Assembly: GCA_943787795.1 (NCBI GenBank)
Contig: CALSNU010000001.1
Location: 672,001 to 736,000, forward strand
DNA length: 64,000 nucleotides
Direction of reading: 5' to 3'
Source: an uncultured bacterium
GTDB lineage: Bacteria > Planctomycetota > UBA1135 > GCA-002686595
The notes beneath the pieces were generated by a model, which ran no database searches, was not told where the DNA came from, and worked only from the letters and a program-made list of their open reading frames with translations. This document shows positions 38,488-47,963 of the stretch, piece after piece. A program made the position numbers and the translations under genes. Within the stretch, counting starts at the first letter, position 1, and the number at the start of each line of letters is the position of its first letter.

Positions 38488-38718
38488 TCAGGCCGAATCG
38501 CGACGGCCTTTCTGGGGACTGGCCTTCTTCCGGCGTCGGCCGGGCTTGCGCGCCTCCATCTTCTCGGAGAACGCAATCCAGTCCTCTTCACTGAACAGGC
38601 GCACCTCTGCGCCGCATTGGGCGCAGAAGGACTTGTCGATGCTCATCAGGTAGGAGACGTAGCCATCACAGGCCGAGCACCACTTGCGGTCGTTCTGAAA
38701 GTCGGAGAGGAAGTCCAT
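38488..38718 (-). CDS. Small zinc-ribbon protein with basic tail
   Basis: CSAC...CAQC and the tail RKPGRRRKK. Confidence 0.75.
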   Translation of the reverse strand: MDFLSDFQNDRKWCSACDGYVSYLMSIDKSFCAQCGAEVRLFSEEDWIAFSEKMEARKPGRRRKKASPQKGRRDSA

Positions 38719-38732
38719 CGCCCCAGACAGAA

Positions 38733-38748
38733 AGCACGCGCCATGCCA
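38733..38748 (-). promoter_or_regulatory. Sigma54-type -24/-12 promoter
   Basis: The minus strand reads TGGCATGGCGCGTGCT: GG-N10-GC with TGGCA and TGCT context, about 15 bp upstream of ATG 38718. Confidence 0.55.
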
Positions 38749-39027
38749 CCTTGACTTGGAGTGGGTGGTATGCGCTCAAGTGTATGACCTGTAGTGCTTT
38801 AGGGTGAATCGTGGTCGACCTTCGCGGCGGGGGGCATGTCCACGGAACTCGACGTGCCTCAGCGCTGCGGCGGCCGATCGGGGCCCACCAGGTGTCTTGT
38901 CCCAGGACACGTGGTCGCTCGCAGCAGCCGTCCCGGGCGCATACGGGGCGCCGCGTTGCGTCTGGTGGACACGCCTGCGCCGTGTCCAATCTCGGCAACA
39001 TGGGCTCGGGCTCCCCGCGGGAGTGGC

Positions 39028-40206
39028 TCAGCCCTCGAGGTCGAGGGACGCGCGCATGTCCCGCGCGGCTCCCCCGTCGATCTCGCGACCGAGGGCCCGC
39101 GAGATCGCGGCCCTCACCCCGGCGTCTTCCAGGTGCCCAGCTGCGAGGGCCCAGGCCGAGGCGGCCCGCACGGTGGGGGAGGGATCGGCCTCAACGGACG
39201 CGAGGAGCGCGTCGAGGCCCGACTCGGACGGGTGGTTCCCGAGAACAATGGCGGCGTTGCGTGCGAGCCCCTCTCGCTTCGGTCGACGGAGGGGAGAGCC
39301 ACGCCAGCGATCCTTGTGTCCTGCGTCATCCGGCTCCTCCCGGCCGATGGTGAGGAGGTCCACCAGGGTGCCCCCCTGGCCGGCTCCTTCTTCGAATGCC
39401 GTCCGGGTCCCGAAGCGCTCCGAGAGGTCCGGCGCCTTCGACCCCCAAGGGCAGACCTCGGAGCAAACATCGCAGCCGAATGCCCACTCCCCCGCCTGGC
39501 TTCGCAGGCCATGGGCCACCAGGCCGCGATGCTCGATCGTGTGGTAGCTGATGCAACGGGTAGCGTCGACCCGGCCGGGCTCGATGATGGCGGCGGTGGG
39601 GCAAGCGTCGATGCAGGCGGTGCAGGTCCCGCAGGAGGGCACCCTGGCGGGAGCGGTCGTCGGGCTCAGGTCCAGATCGAGGATGAGCTCGCCGAGGAAG
39701 AACCAGGGGCCAAGGCGGACGTCGAGCAGGTTGGCCGCCTTGCTGGGCGCTCCGAGACCGCCAGCGGCTGCGTGGCTCCGCTCGAGGAGGGGAGTCGCGT
39801 CGACGAACGCCGAGCCCGGCGATGCCAGCCCTTCGCGGAGCAAGGCTCGGCGCAGGCGCCCCAGCATCTTGGAGATGACATTGTGGTAGTCGCGACCCGC
39901 GGCGTACCTCGCGACTCGGCCACCTCCGGGGAGGTGGAGAGCCGGTCGCGAGTGGCCGAGGCCGACGACGAGGAGTGACTTCCCTGCCGGCCACTGGGTG
40001 CGGGGGTCCACGGTCGCCGCCCGACCTCGCTCGAGGTACTCCATGGTCCCGTGGTGGTTCTCATCGATCCACGCGTCGAATCGCGCGGCGTCCGGGGGCG
40101 GGCCAAAGGGCGCGATCCCCACGAGATCGAAGCCCATCTCTCGGGCCTGTTCGAGGACCAGCGAGCGGCGGCTCTCCGGTGAGTACTGGTGTGGGGGAGG
40201 GGTCAT
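39028..40206 (-). CDS. queG: Epoxyqueuosine reductase
   Basis: HGTMEYL, ARYAAGRDYH, CGTCTACIDACPT, CISYHTIE, FGCDVCSEVCPW, C-terminal HEAT repeats. Confidence 0.96.
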   Translation of the reverse strand: MTPPPHQYSPESRRSLVLEQAREMGFDLVGIAPFGPPPDAARFDAWIDENHHGTMEYLERGRAATVDPRTQWPAGKSLLVVGLGHSRPALHLPGGGRVARYAAGRDYHNVISKMLGRLRRALLREGLASPGSAFVDATPLLERSHAAAGGLGAPSKAANLLDVRLGPWFFLGELILDLDLSPTTAPARVPSCGTCTACIDACPTAAIIEPGRVDATRCISYHTIEHRGLVAHGLRSQAGEWAFGCDVCSEVCPWGSKAPDLSERFGTRTAFEEGAGQGGTLVDLLTIGREEPDDAGHKDRWRGSPLRRPKREGLARNAAIVLGNHPSESGLDALLASVEADPSPTVRAASAWALAAGHLEDAGVRAAISRALGREIDGGAARDMRASLDLEG

Positions 40207-40671
40207 TCTCGAGGCCTTTGGCACGGGCACTCTCGCGCGATTGGAGCGAATGGGCGTTCGGATACCGCCCACGATGCGCTCAAAAGTGCCTCGGCGCGAG
40301 ACTCTACCCCCCCTCCTAACCCCCTTGGAGGTATCTGCTTGCAGTTCCGCGTCGAGCCGAGCTGTGCGGAAATGCCCGCCCAGGTGCCCCCCCCTCGAAA
40401 CCGCGGCCCTCGCCGCCGCTACTTCACGTAGCTCTTTCACTTCCCGTCGAACGGCGCCCGCTCCAGGCGCTCGTCGCGGGAAGGCTGGTCCGAACGTGCC
40501 CCGCCCGTGAGATCTCGCTCGCTCCCCTGAGCGGCGTTTTGAGAAGCACGGCGGTTCTCTACCTTCGGACCCGCCAATTTTAAAACCCACGCTAGCCTCG
40601 AACTTCCCCGAGTCACCGCGGCGCTCCCCCAGCGCGCCACGGATCACTGACACGTCGAGCCCTCCCCAAAG

Positions 40672-41556
40672 ATGCAGTCCCAGAACGTCCTTCACGCCAG
40701 CCCCCTTGCCGAGGAGAACGGCAAGGCCCGGTTGCGGTCGAGGATTGGTGAGCTGGGACGGGGTGAGCTGGACGCCGAGGATCGCGCGCGGCTCGAGGCG
40801 GTCTTTTCGGATGACGGACTCGTCCATGATGAGCTCCGCGACAGCCTGAGCACCGCGCTCATGGATGGGTTTCGGAAGTCCAGCGGGCGGGCTGTGTTCG
40901 GCCTGCTCTACGAGCTGAACGCGGGTCACATCATCGTTCAGGTCGCGGGCCGGCTCCGCCGCTATGGCAGCAAGGCGGACCCGGGCGACGTCTTGCAGGA
41001 GGTCTTCTTCAACGTCTTCCGCTATCCCCACCGCTTCGACGCATCGAGGCCAGATGCGTTCCGCGTCTGGACGGCGATGATCGTCAGGAACACCGTGCTC
41101 AAGCACATGCGCTCCCGAAGCACCGGCGGGAATCGCATGGAAATCGCGCTGGAGGATCTCTCCGATCAGCCGGTGGACGGTGCCCACACGCCCCTCACGG
41201 GAGCGTTGGACACCGAGGCCTCCGAGGAATGCTCGCGGGCCTTCATCGTCTACCTCCAGCTCTACATGCAGTTCTACACCATGCTCTCGGAGCGGGAGCG
41301 GCGAGCACTGCACCTCGTTGAAGTGGACGGTGTCAGCTATCGCGAGGCGGCCGAGGATCTGGAGATCAAGCTCGAGAACCTGAAGATGGTGATCTTCAGG
41401 GCGCGAAGGAAGATCCATCGAGCTATGCGGCGTGTCTTCGAGGGGCTCACCCCGGACTGCCGGCCCGCTCGCGTCGGGCGGTGCAAGGACGCTTCTGAGG
41501 CGCCAGGCCATCGTTCCTCATCCTGCGACACCCTCGATGCACCGGGCGCAACCTGA
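40672..41556 (+). CDS. ECF RNA polymerase sigma factor with N-terminal extension
   Basis: Region 2 DVLQEVFFNVFR...FRVWTAMIVRN; region 4 LSERERRALHLVEVDGVSYREAAEDLEIKLENLKMVIFRARRKI. Confidence 0.92.
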   Translation: MQSQNVLHASPLAEENGKARLRSRIGELGRGELDAEDRARLEAVFSDDGLVHDELRDSLSTALMDGFRKSSGRAVFGLLYELNAGHIIVQVAGRLRRYGSKADPGDVLQEVFFNVFRYPHRFDASRPDAFRVWTAMIVRNTVLKHMRSRSTGGNRMEIALEDLSDQPVDGAHTPLTGALDTEASEECSRAFIVYLQLYMQFYTMLSERERRALHLVEVDGVSYREAAEDLEIKLENLKMVIFRARRKIHRAMRRVFEGLTPDCRPARVGRCKDASEAPGHRSSSCDTLDAPGAT

Positions 41557-41676
41557 TTCCTGACAGGCGGCTCGGGCCACGAGGTCCGACACCGCGCCGA
41601 CCCTCAGCCACGACCACCGACCAAATCCTGTAGCCGCCAGTCACTGGCTAGCTACCCCAAGAGACCGACAAGCCCG

Positions 41677-42846
41677 ATGACCTTCCACGACCACCCTGAC
41701 CACAAGCCCTCCGGGGCAGACTCCACCTCCTGGAGTACCGGCGACGCCTCGGCGTGGTTCAAGGGGATGGGGTGGAGCGAGGGGCTCAGCGATCAACAGG
41801 CGGCTCTGCAGCAGGACCTCTCATGCCTCGTGGACGGCGAGCTCGACGAGACCTCAGCGGCCCATGCGATGGTGCTGCTCGAGGAGTCAGAGGACGCTCA
41901 AGCGTTCTTCGAGGACGTGAGGAAGTTCGCCCGCTTCCACCGTGATCTCTCGGATCCCGAGCGGCTCGAGGCGCGGGTCGCCATGCTCGGCGCCGCCGAG
42001 ATGGCGCGCGCAGCAGAGGACATCGATCTGGCGCACCGCCTCGCGACGATCTTCTACCAGCTCGGCAAGGCCTACTCCCTGGCAGCATTCGAGCCGGGCC
42101 AGTTCCGCGAGCGGGTCTTCGAGGCGGCAGTGCCGGTGGAAGAGACCCGGAATCGCGGCCGAGGATTCGTCGACGGCGTGGTCTCGGCGGGCCGAGCAGG
42201 CGCAGACAGCCACACCGCGCCGGCGGGCCGCGGCATCGACTGGCGAAACGCGCGCCACATGCTCAACGGGCGCCTCGAGCGAATCGCTGACCCTGCTGAG
42301 AAGGGCCGCAAGCTCCTGGCCCAGGCGATTGAGATTGACCCGAGTCATGAGGAGGCCCGGATCTACCTCGCCTACGTCTTCGGCCGCGAGGGGCACACTC
42401 TCCGCGCCGCAAACCTCTTCCGCGAGGTCTTCGACACCGCGATCTCAGAGGTCAGTCGCGGCCACGCCGCGATCCAACTCGGCCGCCTCTACTACGGCGA
42501 AGAGGACTACCGCACCGCGTCGATCTTCTTCCGCTGGCTCTCGATCTCCGGGCTGACCCGGAGTGACTCGCGCTTCGCCCTCGCCCACTTCAATCTTGGC
42601 TGCGCCGAGGTGGCCCGCGGTCGCGATGATGCTGCGCTCGCCGCGTTCCGGCGTCTGCTTGACGATCACCTCGCCTCCGGGGGCCAAGCGGCGGACATCG
42701 CCAGCCTCTTCCTCGAGAACGACGACTTCAGGACCCTGCTCGAATCGAGAGCTGGTCTGACTCGGAGGCTCATGGAGAGCCTCCCTGAACTATTTGAGCC
42801 CCAGGTGGGAACTGGAGACGCCGAGGGCTCATCCCCCAGTTACTGA
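41677..42846 (+). CDS. Putative soluble anti-sigma factor with TPR repeats
   Basis: N-terminal LSCLVDGELD anti-sigma-like helix; TPR-like AIEIDPSHEEARIYLA and AHFNLG; no TM segment. Confidence 0.6.
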   Translation: MTFHDHPDHKPSGADSTSWSTGDASAWFKGMGWSEGLSDQQAALQQDLSCLVDGELDETSAAHAMVLLEESEDAQAFFEDVRKFARFHRDLSDPERLEARVAMLGAAEMARAAEDIDLAHRLATIFYQLGKAYSLAAFEPGQFRERVFEAAVPVEETRNRGRGFVDGVVSAGRAGADSHTAPAGRGIDWRNARHMLNGRLERIADPAEKGRKLLAQAIEIDPSHEEARIYLAYVFGREGHTLRAANLFREVFDTAISEVSRGHAAIQLGRLYYGEEDYRTASIFFRWLSISGLTRSDSRFALAHFNLGCAEVARGRDDAALAAFRRLLDDHLASGGQAADIASLFLENDDFRTLLESRAGLTRRLMESLPELFEPQVGTGDAEGSSPSY

Positions 42847-42895
42847 TTCACCGCAGAGGCCGCCAAGACGCGGCCCAGGTGTTCCTCTTCGAACC

Positions 42896-43507
42896 ATGAC
42901 GTCCCTGAACAACATTCAAGACAAGGCCTCCTCCCGACGGCGTTGGTTGCCAGCCCTCCTCTTCGGTGCTCTGACCATGACGTCGGCCGCCGTGGTGGTC
43001 GCCGACGAGGGCTTCGGAGGCGACTCTTCCGGTGGTGATCCGACGGTCGGGACGCTGCCGATGACCGGCGGCGAAGGGGTGGATCTCGATCAGACGGTCA
43101 CGCTCCGTGGCGCCACAGAGCTGATCCGGTCTGCCATCGTCAAGGCGGACGGAGACGGCGGTGTCGAGGTGATTGACCTGGGCACGGGGGAGTCGTGGGT
43201 GAGGTTCTACGGAGATGTCGAGCTGGAGCTCGACCTCTCCATACTGGTGGGCCTCGAGCTCGGGATCTTCGGCGGGTTCGAGGGCGGGGGTTCGGCGTTC
43301 GCGGTGGAGACCGTGGACGGATTGGGATCACCCTTCGGGCTTGAGAGCGGCTTCAGTCTTGAGATTGAGGTGGGTCGCCTGGTGAGCGAGGGACTCGTGG
43401 ACAGCCTGATGGAGATCCATGGCTTCCACCGCTCTGGTCGGCGCACCTCCACGGGCATCGAACTCAACGCCGCGGGCGACAGGCTTCAGATCTTGCAGCA
43501 GATCTGA
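42896..43507 (+). CDS. Exported acidic hypothetical protein
   Basis: RRRW plus hydrophobic leader; Gly/Asp/Glu-rich beta-type mature region. Confidence 0.65.
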   Translation: MTSLNNIQDKASSRRRWLPALLFGALTMTSAAVVVADEGFGGDSSGGDPTVGTLPMTGGEGVDLDQTVTLRGATELIRSAIVKADGDGGVEVIDLGTGESWVRFYGDVELELDLSILVGLELGIFGGFEGGGSAFAVETVDGLGSPFGLESGFSLEIEVGRLVSEGLVDSLMEIHGFHRSGRRTSTGIELNAAGDRLQILQQI

Positions 43508-43557
43508 CGGCGGCCGCGTTCGCCGCAGGCGGAGCCTGGCGCGGGCAAGGACAGCAT

Positions 43558-43593
43558 GAAGCGAAGCCGCGAAAGCGGCTTCGCTTCTTTCAT
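43558..43593 (+). terminator. Intrinsic terminator-like hairpin
   Basis: Perfect 13-bp stem GAAGCGAAGCCGC-GAAA-GCGGCTTCGCTTC followed by TTTCAT. Confidence 0.7.
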
Positions 43594-43619
43594 TCGGGTC
43601 TGGGCTGTAGCTTGTCCGC

Positions 43620-45098
43620 ATGACGGCAACCTCCGCGACCATCCTCGCCATCGACGCCGGGACCACTGGCATTCACGCGCTGGCCTTCGACGAGCAGCTG
43701 TGCCCCGTGGCCGAGGCTTACGAGGAATTCCCGCAGCACTTCCCATTCCCAGGGGGCGTCGAGCACGATGCCAGTGAGATCCTCGCTGCGGTGGATCGGG
43801 TGGTGGAGCAGGTGATCGCGGCGGTCGGGACACCAGCGACCATCGGTATCACCAACCAGCGAGAGACGGTCTTCCCGATCGACGTGGAGACCGGAGCGGC
43901 TCTCTCCCGGGGGATCGTCTGGCAAGACCGCCGGACGGCCGGGCGTTGCGAGGAGCTGCGAGAGGCGGGGCATGAGGAGCTGGTGCGTCAGCGCACTGGG
44001 CTGGTTCTCGACCCGTATTTCTCCGCCACCAAGATGGAGTGGATGCTGCGCGAGGACGTCGCGGTCCAGGCCGCTGCCAGGAAGCGGTCGCTGCGCTTTG
44101 TGACGGTGGACGCGCTCATCGTCTCGCATCTCACGGGGGGCGCGAGGGTCGCGACCGACCCGACCAACGCCTCCAGGACGATGCTCTTCGATATCGAGCG
44201 CCGAGACTACTGTGACGAGATGCTCGATCTGTTCGGCCTCGACCGCTCGATGCTCGCGGAGGTTGAGAGCAGCGCGGGGGACTTCGGGTACGCGCAGATC
44301 CACGGCGTCGAGGTGCCCATTCGGGGAGTGCTAGGTGACCAGCAGGCGGCGCTCTTCGGGCAGGGGTGCTGGGACGCAGGGGCGGCGAAGGTGACCTACG
44401 GCACGGGGTGCTTTCTGCTCCTCAACACCGGTCAGCGCCGCGCCCACTCCTCCGCAGGTCTGCTCACGACGCTCTGCGCTGACGGGACGGGAGCGCCCTG
44501 CTTCGCCCTGGAGGGCAGCGCCTTCGCTGGCGGCTCGGTCGTGCAGTGGCTGCGAGATGGGCTCGGGGTCATCAAGGAGGCCTCGGAGTCCTCCTCGGTG
44601 GCGACATCAGTGGACGACACCGGGGGCGTCTTCCTCGTGCCGGCGTTCGCCGGGCTCGGCGCGCCCCACTGGGACCCGGGGGCCCGGGCGGCGATCCTCG
44701 GAATGACGCGCGGGACGACCAGCGCCCACATCGTTCGGGCGGGGCTCGACGCCATCGCGTTCCAGTGCGCTGACCTCGTGAACGCCCTCCGGTCCGACTC
44801 AGAGCTTCCGCTCGAGCGGCTCCTCGTCGACGGAGGGGCGGCTGCAAACGACTTCCTCATGCAGCGCCAGGCGGACCTCGCGGGGGCTCTGATCGAGCGC
44901 TCCTCCGAGCTGCAGACCACGGCGCGGGGGGCCGCAGCGATCGCTGGGATCGGAGCCGGACGGTTCACTGACCTCACAGAGGCTGAGGGGCTGCGCCGTG
45001 GCCAGGAGATCTTCACGGCTAGCCTGGATGCGGAGCAGAGGGGGTCGGAGATGAGGGCCTGGTCCGCTGCCGTGGGGCGAGTCCTGAGCCGCCCTTGA
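43620..45098 (+). CDS. glpK: Glycerol kinase
   Basis: AIDAGTT, GITNQRET, IVWQDRRT, PYFSATK, GDQQAALFGQ, TYGTG, VDGG. Confidence 0.96.
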   Translation: MTATSATILAIDAGTTGIHALAFDEQLCPVAEAYEEFPQHFPFPGGVEHDASEILAAVDRVVEQVIAAVGTPATIGITNQRETVFPIDVETGAALSRGIVWQDRRTAGRCEELREAGHEELVRQRTGLVLDPYFSATKMEWMLREDVAVQAAARKRSLRFVTVDALIVSHLTGGARVATDPTNASRTMLFDIERRDYCDEMLDLFGLDRSMLAEVESSAGDFGYAQIHGVEVPIRGVLGDQQAALFGQGCWDAGAAKVTYGTGCFLLLNTGQRRAHSSAGLLTTLCADGTGAPCFALEGSAFAGGSVVQWLRDGLGVIKEASESSSVATSVDDTGGVFLVPAFAGLGAPHWDPGARAAILGMTRGTTSAHIVRAGLDAIAFQCADLVNALRSDSELPLERLLVDGGAAANDFLMQRQADLAGALIERSSELQTTARGAAAIAGIGAGRFTDLTEAEGLRRGQEIFTASLDAEQRGSEMRAWSAAVGRVLSRP

Positions 45099-45206
45099 GC
45101 CGCTTGGCGCGGAGCTGACGGGGCGCGCGGCTGGCCTGCAGGGTCCAGGAATCCAGTTCCGAGACGATTCGGCTCCAGCGGGGCCCGGACCGACCGAGAA
45201 CCCGGT

Positions 45207-46564
45207 GTGGACCGTGTTCCTGAGATTCGACGCACCGCCGACGTGGCGGCGACGAGACCCATGGATCGCCGCCCGGGAGCTCCCGAGCCGCGAACTGGCG
45301 AGGCCTCCAAGCAGGGCGTCGCGGGGCAATCGGGGGCCGAGCGACCCGCGGAGTCGCGCCCAGATGTGGCCCTGGAGCGCGCCTCTCGAGCCCTCAGCGC
45401 GCTGGATCCGGAGGCGGATGGTGAGGTCGGAGCGCGTCTCCAGGAACTCCGTGATGCGCTCGCCCGTGGCGCGGCAGACGGCGATCCCCGCGCGCAGCGG
45501 CTGCTCTCTCGGTTGGACGCGTTGGCCTTCCAGCCGGGGCGCGACGGCGGGCCGGAGCTCGCCGCGTTGAACCGCATGGCCCACGTCGCGCGACAGCTCG
45601 CCCTCCTCGCCAGCGCCGCTGTTGCAGGCGTGGACTCTGCCGGCGCCGCGAGGCAGGCCCTGCTCGACGCGATCCTGTCAGTCGCGGGCGTGAACCCCGG
45701 GGGGCCAGGGGCTCGAGCTTTGACGTCCGCGCTTGACGTGGTCCTGCCGGAGATCATCGGGCGCTCCGCAGGCATTCAGCTGCGGGGCCCATGACGCAGC
45801 GGACGTGCTCCGTATGGCGGGCGAGAAGCTGCTCGAGAGGCTCGCGGGGAGAATGGAGGCGGCCGGGGAGCCCGTGGCCGCCAGGGGATTGCGCGAGGCG
45901 CTCGCTGGCGCCTCGAGTCGAGGATCCATCGACGGTAGCCTCGCCCGGGTCCTACTCCACCAGCAAGCGTCACGGTCGGCGGGGCGCCGGGCAGGCTGCG
46001 GCGTACCTCGACTCCCTCCTCAGCGGCGCGCTGCGCTCGCCGCAGGAGGTCGCGGCGGCGCTGATCGCCGAGTCTGGCTCCGCGGGCAGCGGCCTGCGGG
46101 AGGTGATCGGTCGACACCTTGCCGCGAGGGAGTTCGAACACGCGTGGAATGTGGCCCGGCGGGAGTTCGGCGATCCGCCGGCCTTCGGGTTCGCTGTCCC
46201 CGAGGGCCCCGATCGATTCGCGACGGTCCAGGTCGTCGGCGACAACCCGTCTGGCCGAGGCCGCGGCTCCGAGCGTGGGCGGGAGTCATGCCACGTTACG
46301 GTCGGCGTCGAGTTCAGCGGGCTCGGACCCGTTCGGGCGGACCTGGCTGTCCGCGGTGATCAGATCGCGCTGCGCCTCGTGGTCGCGCGACCTGACGTCG
46401 CCCAGGAGATTCGCTTTCGGGCCAGTGAACTGGAGTCGGCCCTCGCCCTGGAGGGTCGCCGGGTACTCCTGGCGGTCGCGGATGGGTCCGAGGATGAGGC
46501 TCGCGTGGATGCCCGCCAGGTCGGCGTGAAGCCCGAGGACCACGTTATGGACCTGGAAGGATGA
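45207..46564 (+). pseudogene. FliK-like hook-length-control family protein split by two +1 frameshifts (likely assembly errors)
   Basis: The C-terminus has the FliK_C-like LGPVRADLAVRGDQIALRLVV...ELESALALEG. The reading frame steps +1 at GGGG 45784-45787 and again at GGGG 45981-45984. Confidence 0.6.
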
Positions 46565-46878
46565 CGGAGCCTCGCAAGAACCTGCCCGAGGCCGTTGCGC
46601 TCCACTACGACCGCGATGCGGCCGAGGGAGCTCCCTCCGTCGTGGCCCGCGGTCGCGGGGAGATCGCGAACCGGATCCTCGAGACCGCCGTCGAAGCGGG
46701 GGTGCCAATTCGCGAGGACAAGGACCTTCTGGAGCTCCTCTCCATGGTCGAGCTCGGTGAGGAAATCCCCGTCGAGGTCTTCGGCGCGGTGGCGCAGCTG
46801 ATCTCGTTCCTGTGGGAAATGAACGAGGAGCGGAGAGAGGCCGAGCCTGAGGTGCCCCCAGGCCCTGCTCCGCGGTGA
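46561..46878 (+). CDS. Stand-alone FlhB C-terminal domain protein (EscU/YscU/HrcU family, FlhX/YlqH-like)
   Basis: AVALHY...APSVVARGRGEIA.RI...GVPIRED..L...L...ELGEEIP.E.F.AVA. Confidence 0.92.
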   Translation: MTEPRKNLPEAVALHYDRDAAEGAPSVVARGRGEIANRILETAVEAGVPIREDKDLLELLSMVELGEEIPVEVFGAVAQLISFLWEMNEERREAEPEVPPGPAPR

Positions 46879-46940
46879 GGCTGGACGGGTAGGGGCGCTC
46901 AGCGCTTCACCCAACCCGGCCTCGGCCTAAGATCCCTGAC

Positions 46941-47909
46941 GTGAAGCCGCTCCTCGCTCTCTCCGTCGGTGATCCCTCCGGGATTGGCCCCGAAATCGCG
47001 CCCCTCGCTGTGCGTGCGGTACGCGCTGAGGCGCGGGTCGTGATCCTCGGTCACGGAGCTGTGCGGCCTGACGGGATCCCGCTGGTCGAGTCGCCGGCGG
47101 ACATGGGGGCGGAAGCTGCGGCATGGATCGACACGGGGGGGCCCGCCAGGTGGACCCTGGGGGAGGTGCAGGAGAGCTGCGGGGCCGCGGCTCTGAGCGC
47201 GCTTCGGAAGGGGCATGAGCTCGCCCTCGAGGGGGAGGTCGACGCGCTCGTCACCGGGCCCGTCAACAAGGCCGCGATGCACGCCGCAGGTGAGAGGGTC
47301 GAGGGGCAGACCGAGCTCCTGAGCCGCTGGTCGGGGGTCGAGCGGTACGAGATGATGGGGTTCGTCGGCCAGCTTCGGGTGATGCTCGCGACGCGCCATG
47401 TCTCCCTCCGCGAGGCGCTGGACCGGATCACGACGGAGCACGTCCTCGACCGGCTCCTCTTCCTGGGCGAGGCGCTGCGATCGATCGGGCTGAAGGACCC
47501 GCTCGTGGGAGTCGCGGGGCTCAACCCACACGCCGGGGAGGGGGGGCTGTTCGGACGGGAGGAGATCGAGATCCTCATGCCGGCGATTGAGCTCGCCCGG
47601 GCGCAGGGGATGCGTATCCAGGGACCCGTCGCCCCCGATTCGGTCTTCGTCAGGGGGCTGAGGGGGGATTTCGACGCTGTCCTCGCGCTCTATCACGACC
47701 AGGCCTTCATCCCGCTGAAGCTGGCTGGGGCCGATTCAGGGGTGACCTTCATTCCGGGACTCCCGTACCGCCGTTTCAGTCCGATGCACGGCACGGCGTT
47801 CGATATCGTCGGAAAGAGGGGGCCTGACGGGCAACCTGTCGCAGATCCAGGGAATCTCGCCGAAGCTCTCCGTGTGGCGTCGAGGATCACCCGTCGAATA
47901 GCCGAGTAG
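46941..47909 (+). CDS. pdxA: 4-hydroxythreonine-4-phosphate dehydrogenase
   Basis: GDPSGIGPE, TGPVNK, GLNPHAGE, YHDQ, HGTAFDI. Confidence 0.94.
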   Translation: MKPLLALSVGDPSGIGPEIAPLAVRAVRAEARVVILGHGAVRPDGIPLVESPADMGAEAAAWIDTGGPARWTLGEVQESCGAAALSALRKGHELALEGEVDALVTGPVNKAAMHAAGERVEGQTELLSRWSGVERYEMMGFVGQLRVMLATRHVSLREALDRITTEHVLDRLLFLGEALRSIGLKDPLVGVAGLNPHAGEGGLFGREEIEILMPAIELARAQGMRIQGPVAPDSVFVRGLRGDFDAVLALYHDQAFIPLKLAGADSGVTFIPGLPYRRFSPMHGTAFDIVGKRGPDGQPVADPGNLAEALRVASRITRRIAE

Positions 47910-47963
47910 ACTGGAGGAGGCACCGCTCGCCGTTGCGAGCCCGGCCGTCTCCCCCCGGTAATC

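Noticed and set aside
35299..40206. queA and queG within 5 kb as a novel queuosine cluster
   Set aside because: They are on opposite strands with unrelated genes between them, and both look canonical.
40207..41511. Apparent 435-aa N-terminal extension of QueG (ORF 39028..41511)
   Set aside because: The extension is largely the antisense of the ECF sigma gene; the real start is ATG 40206.
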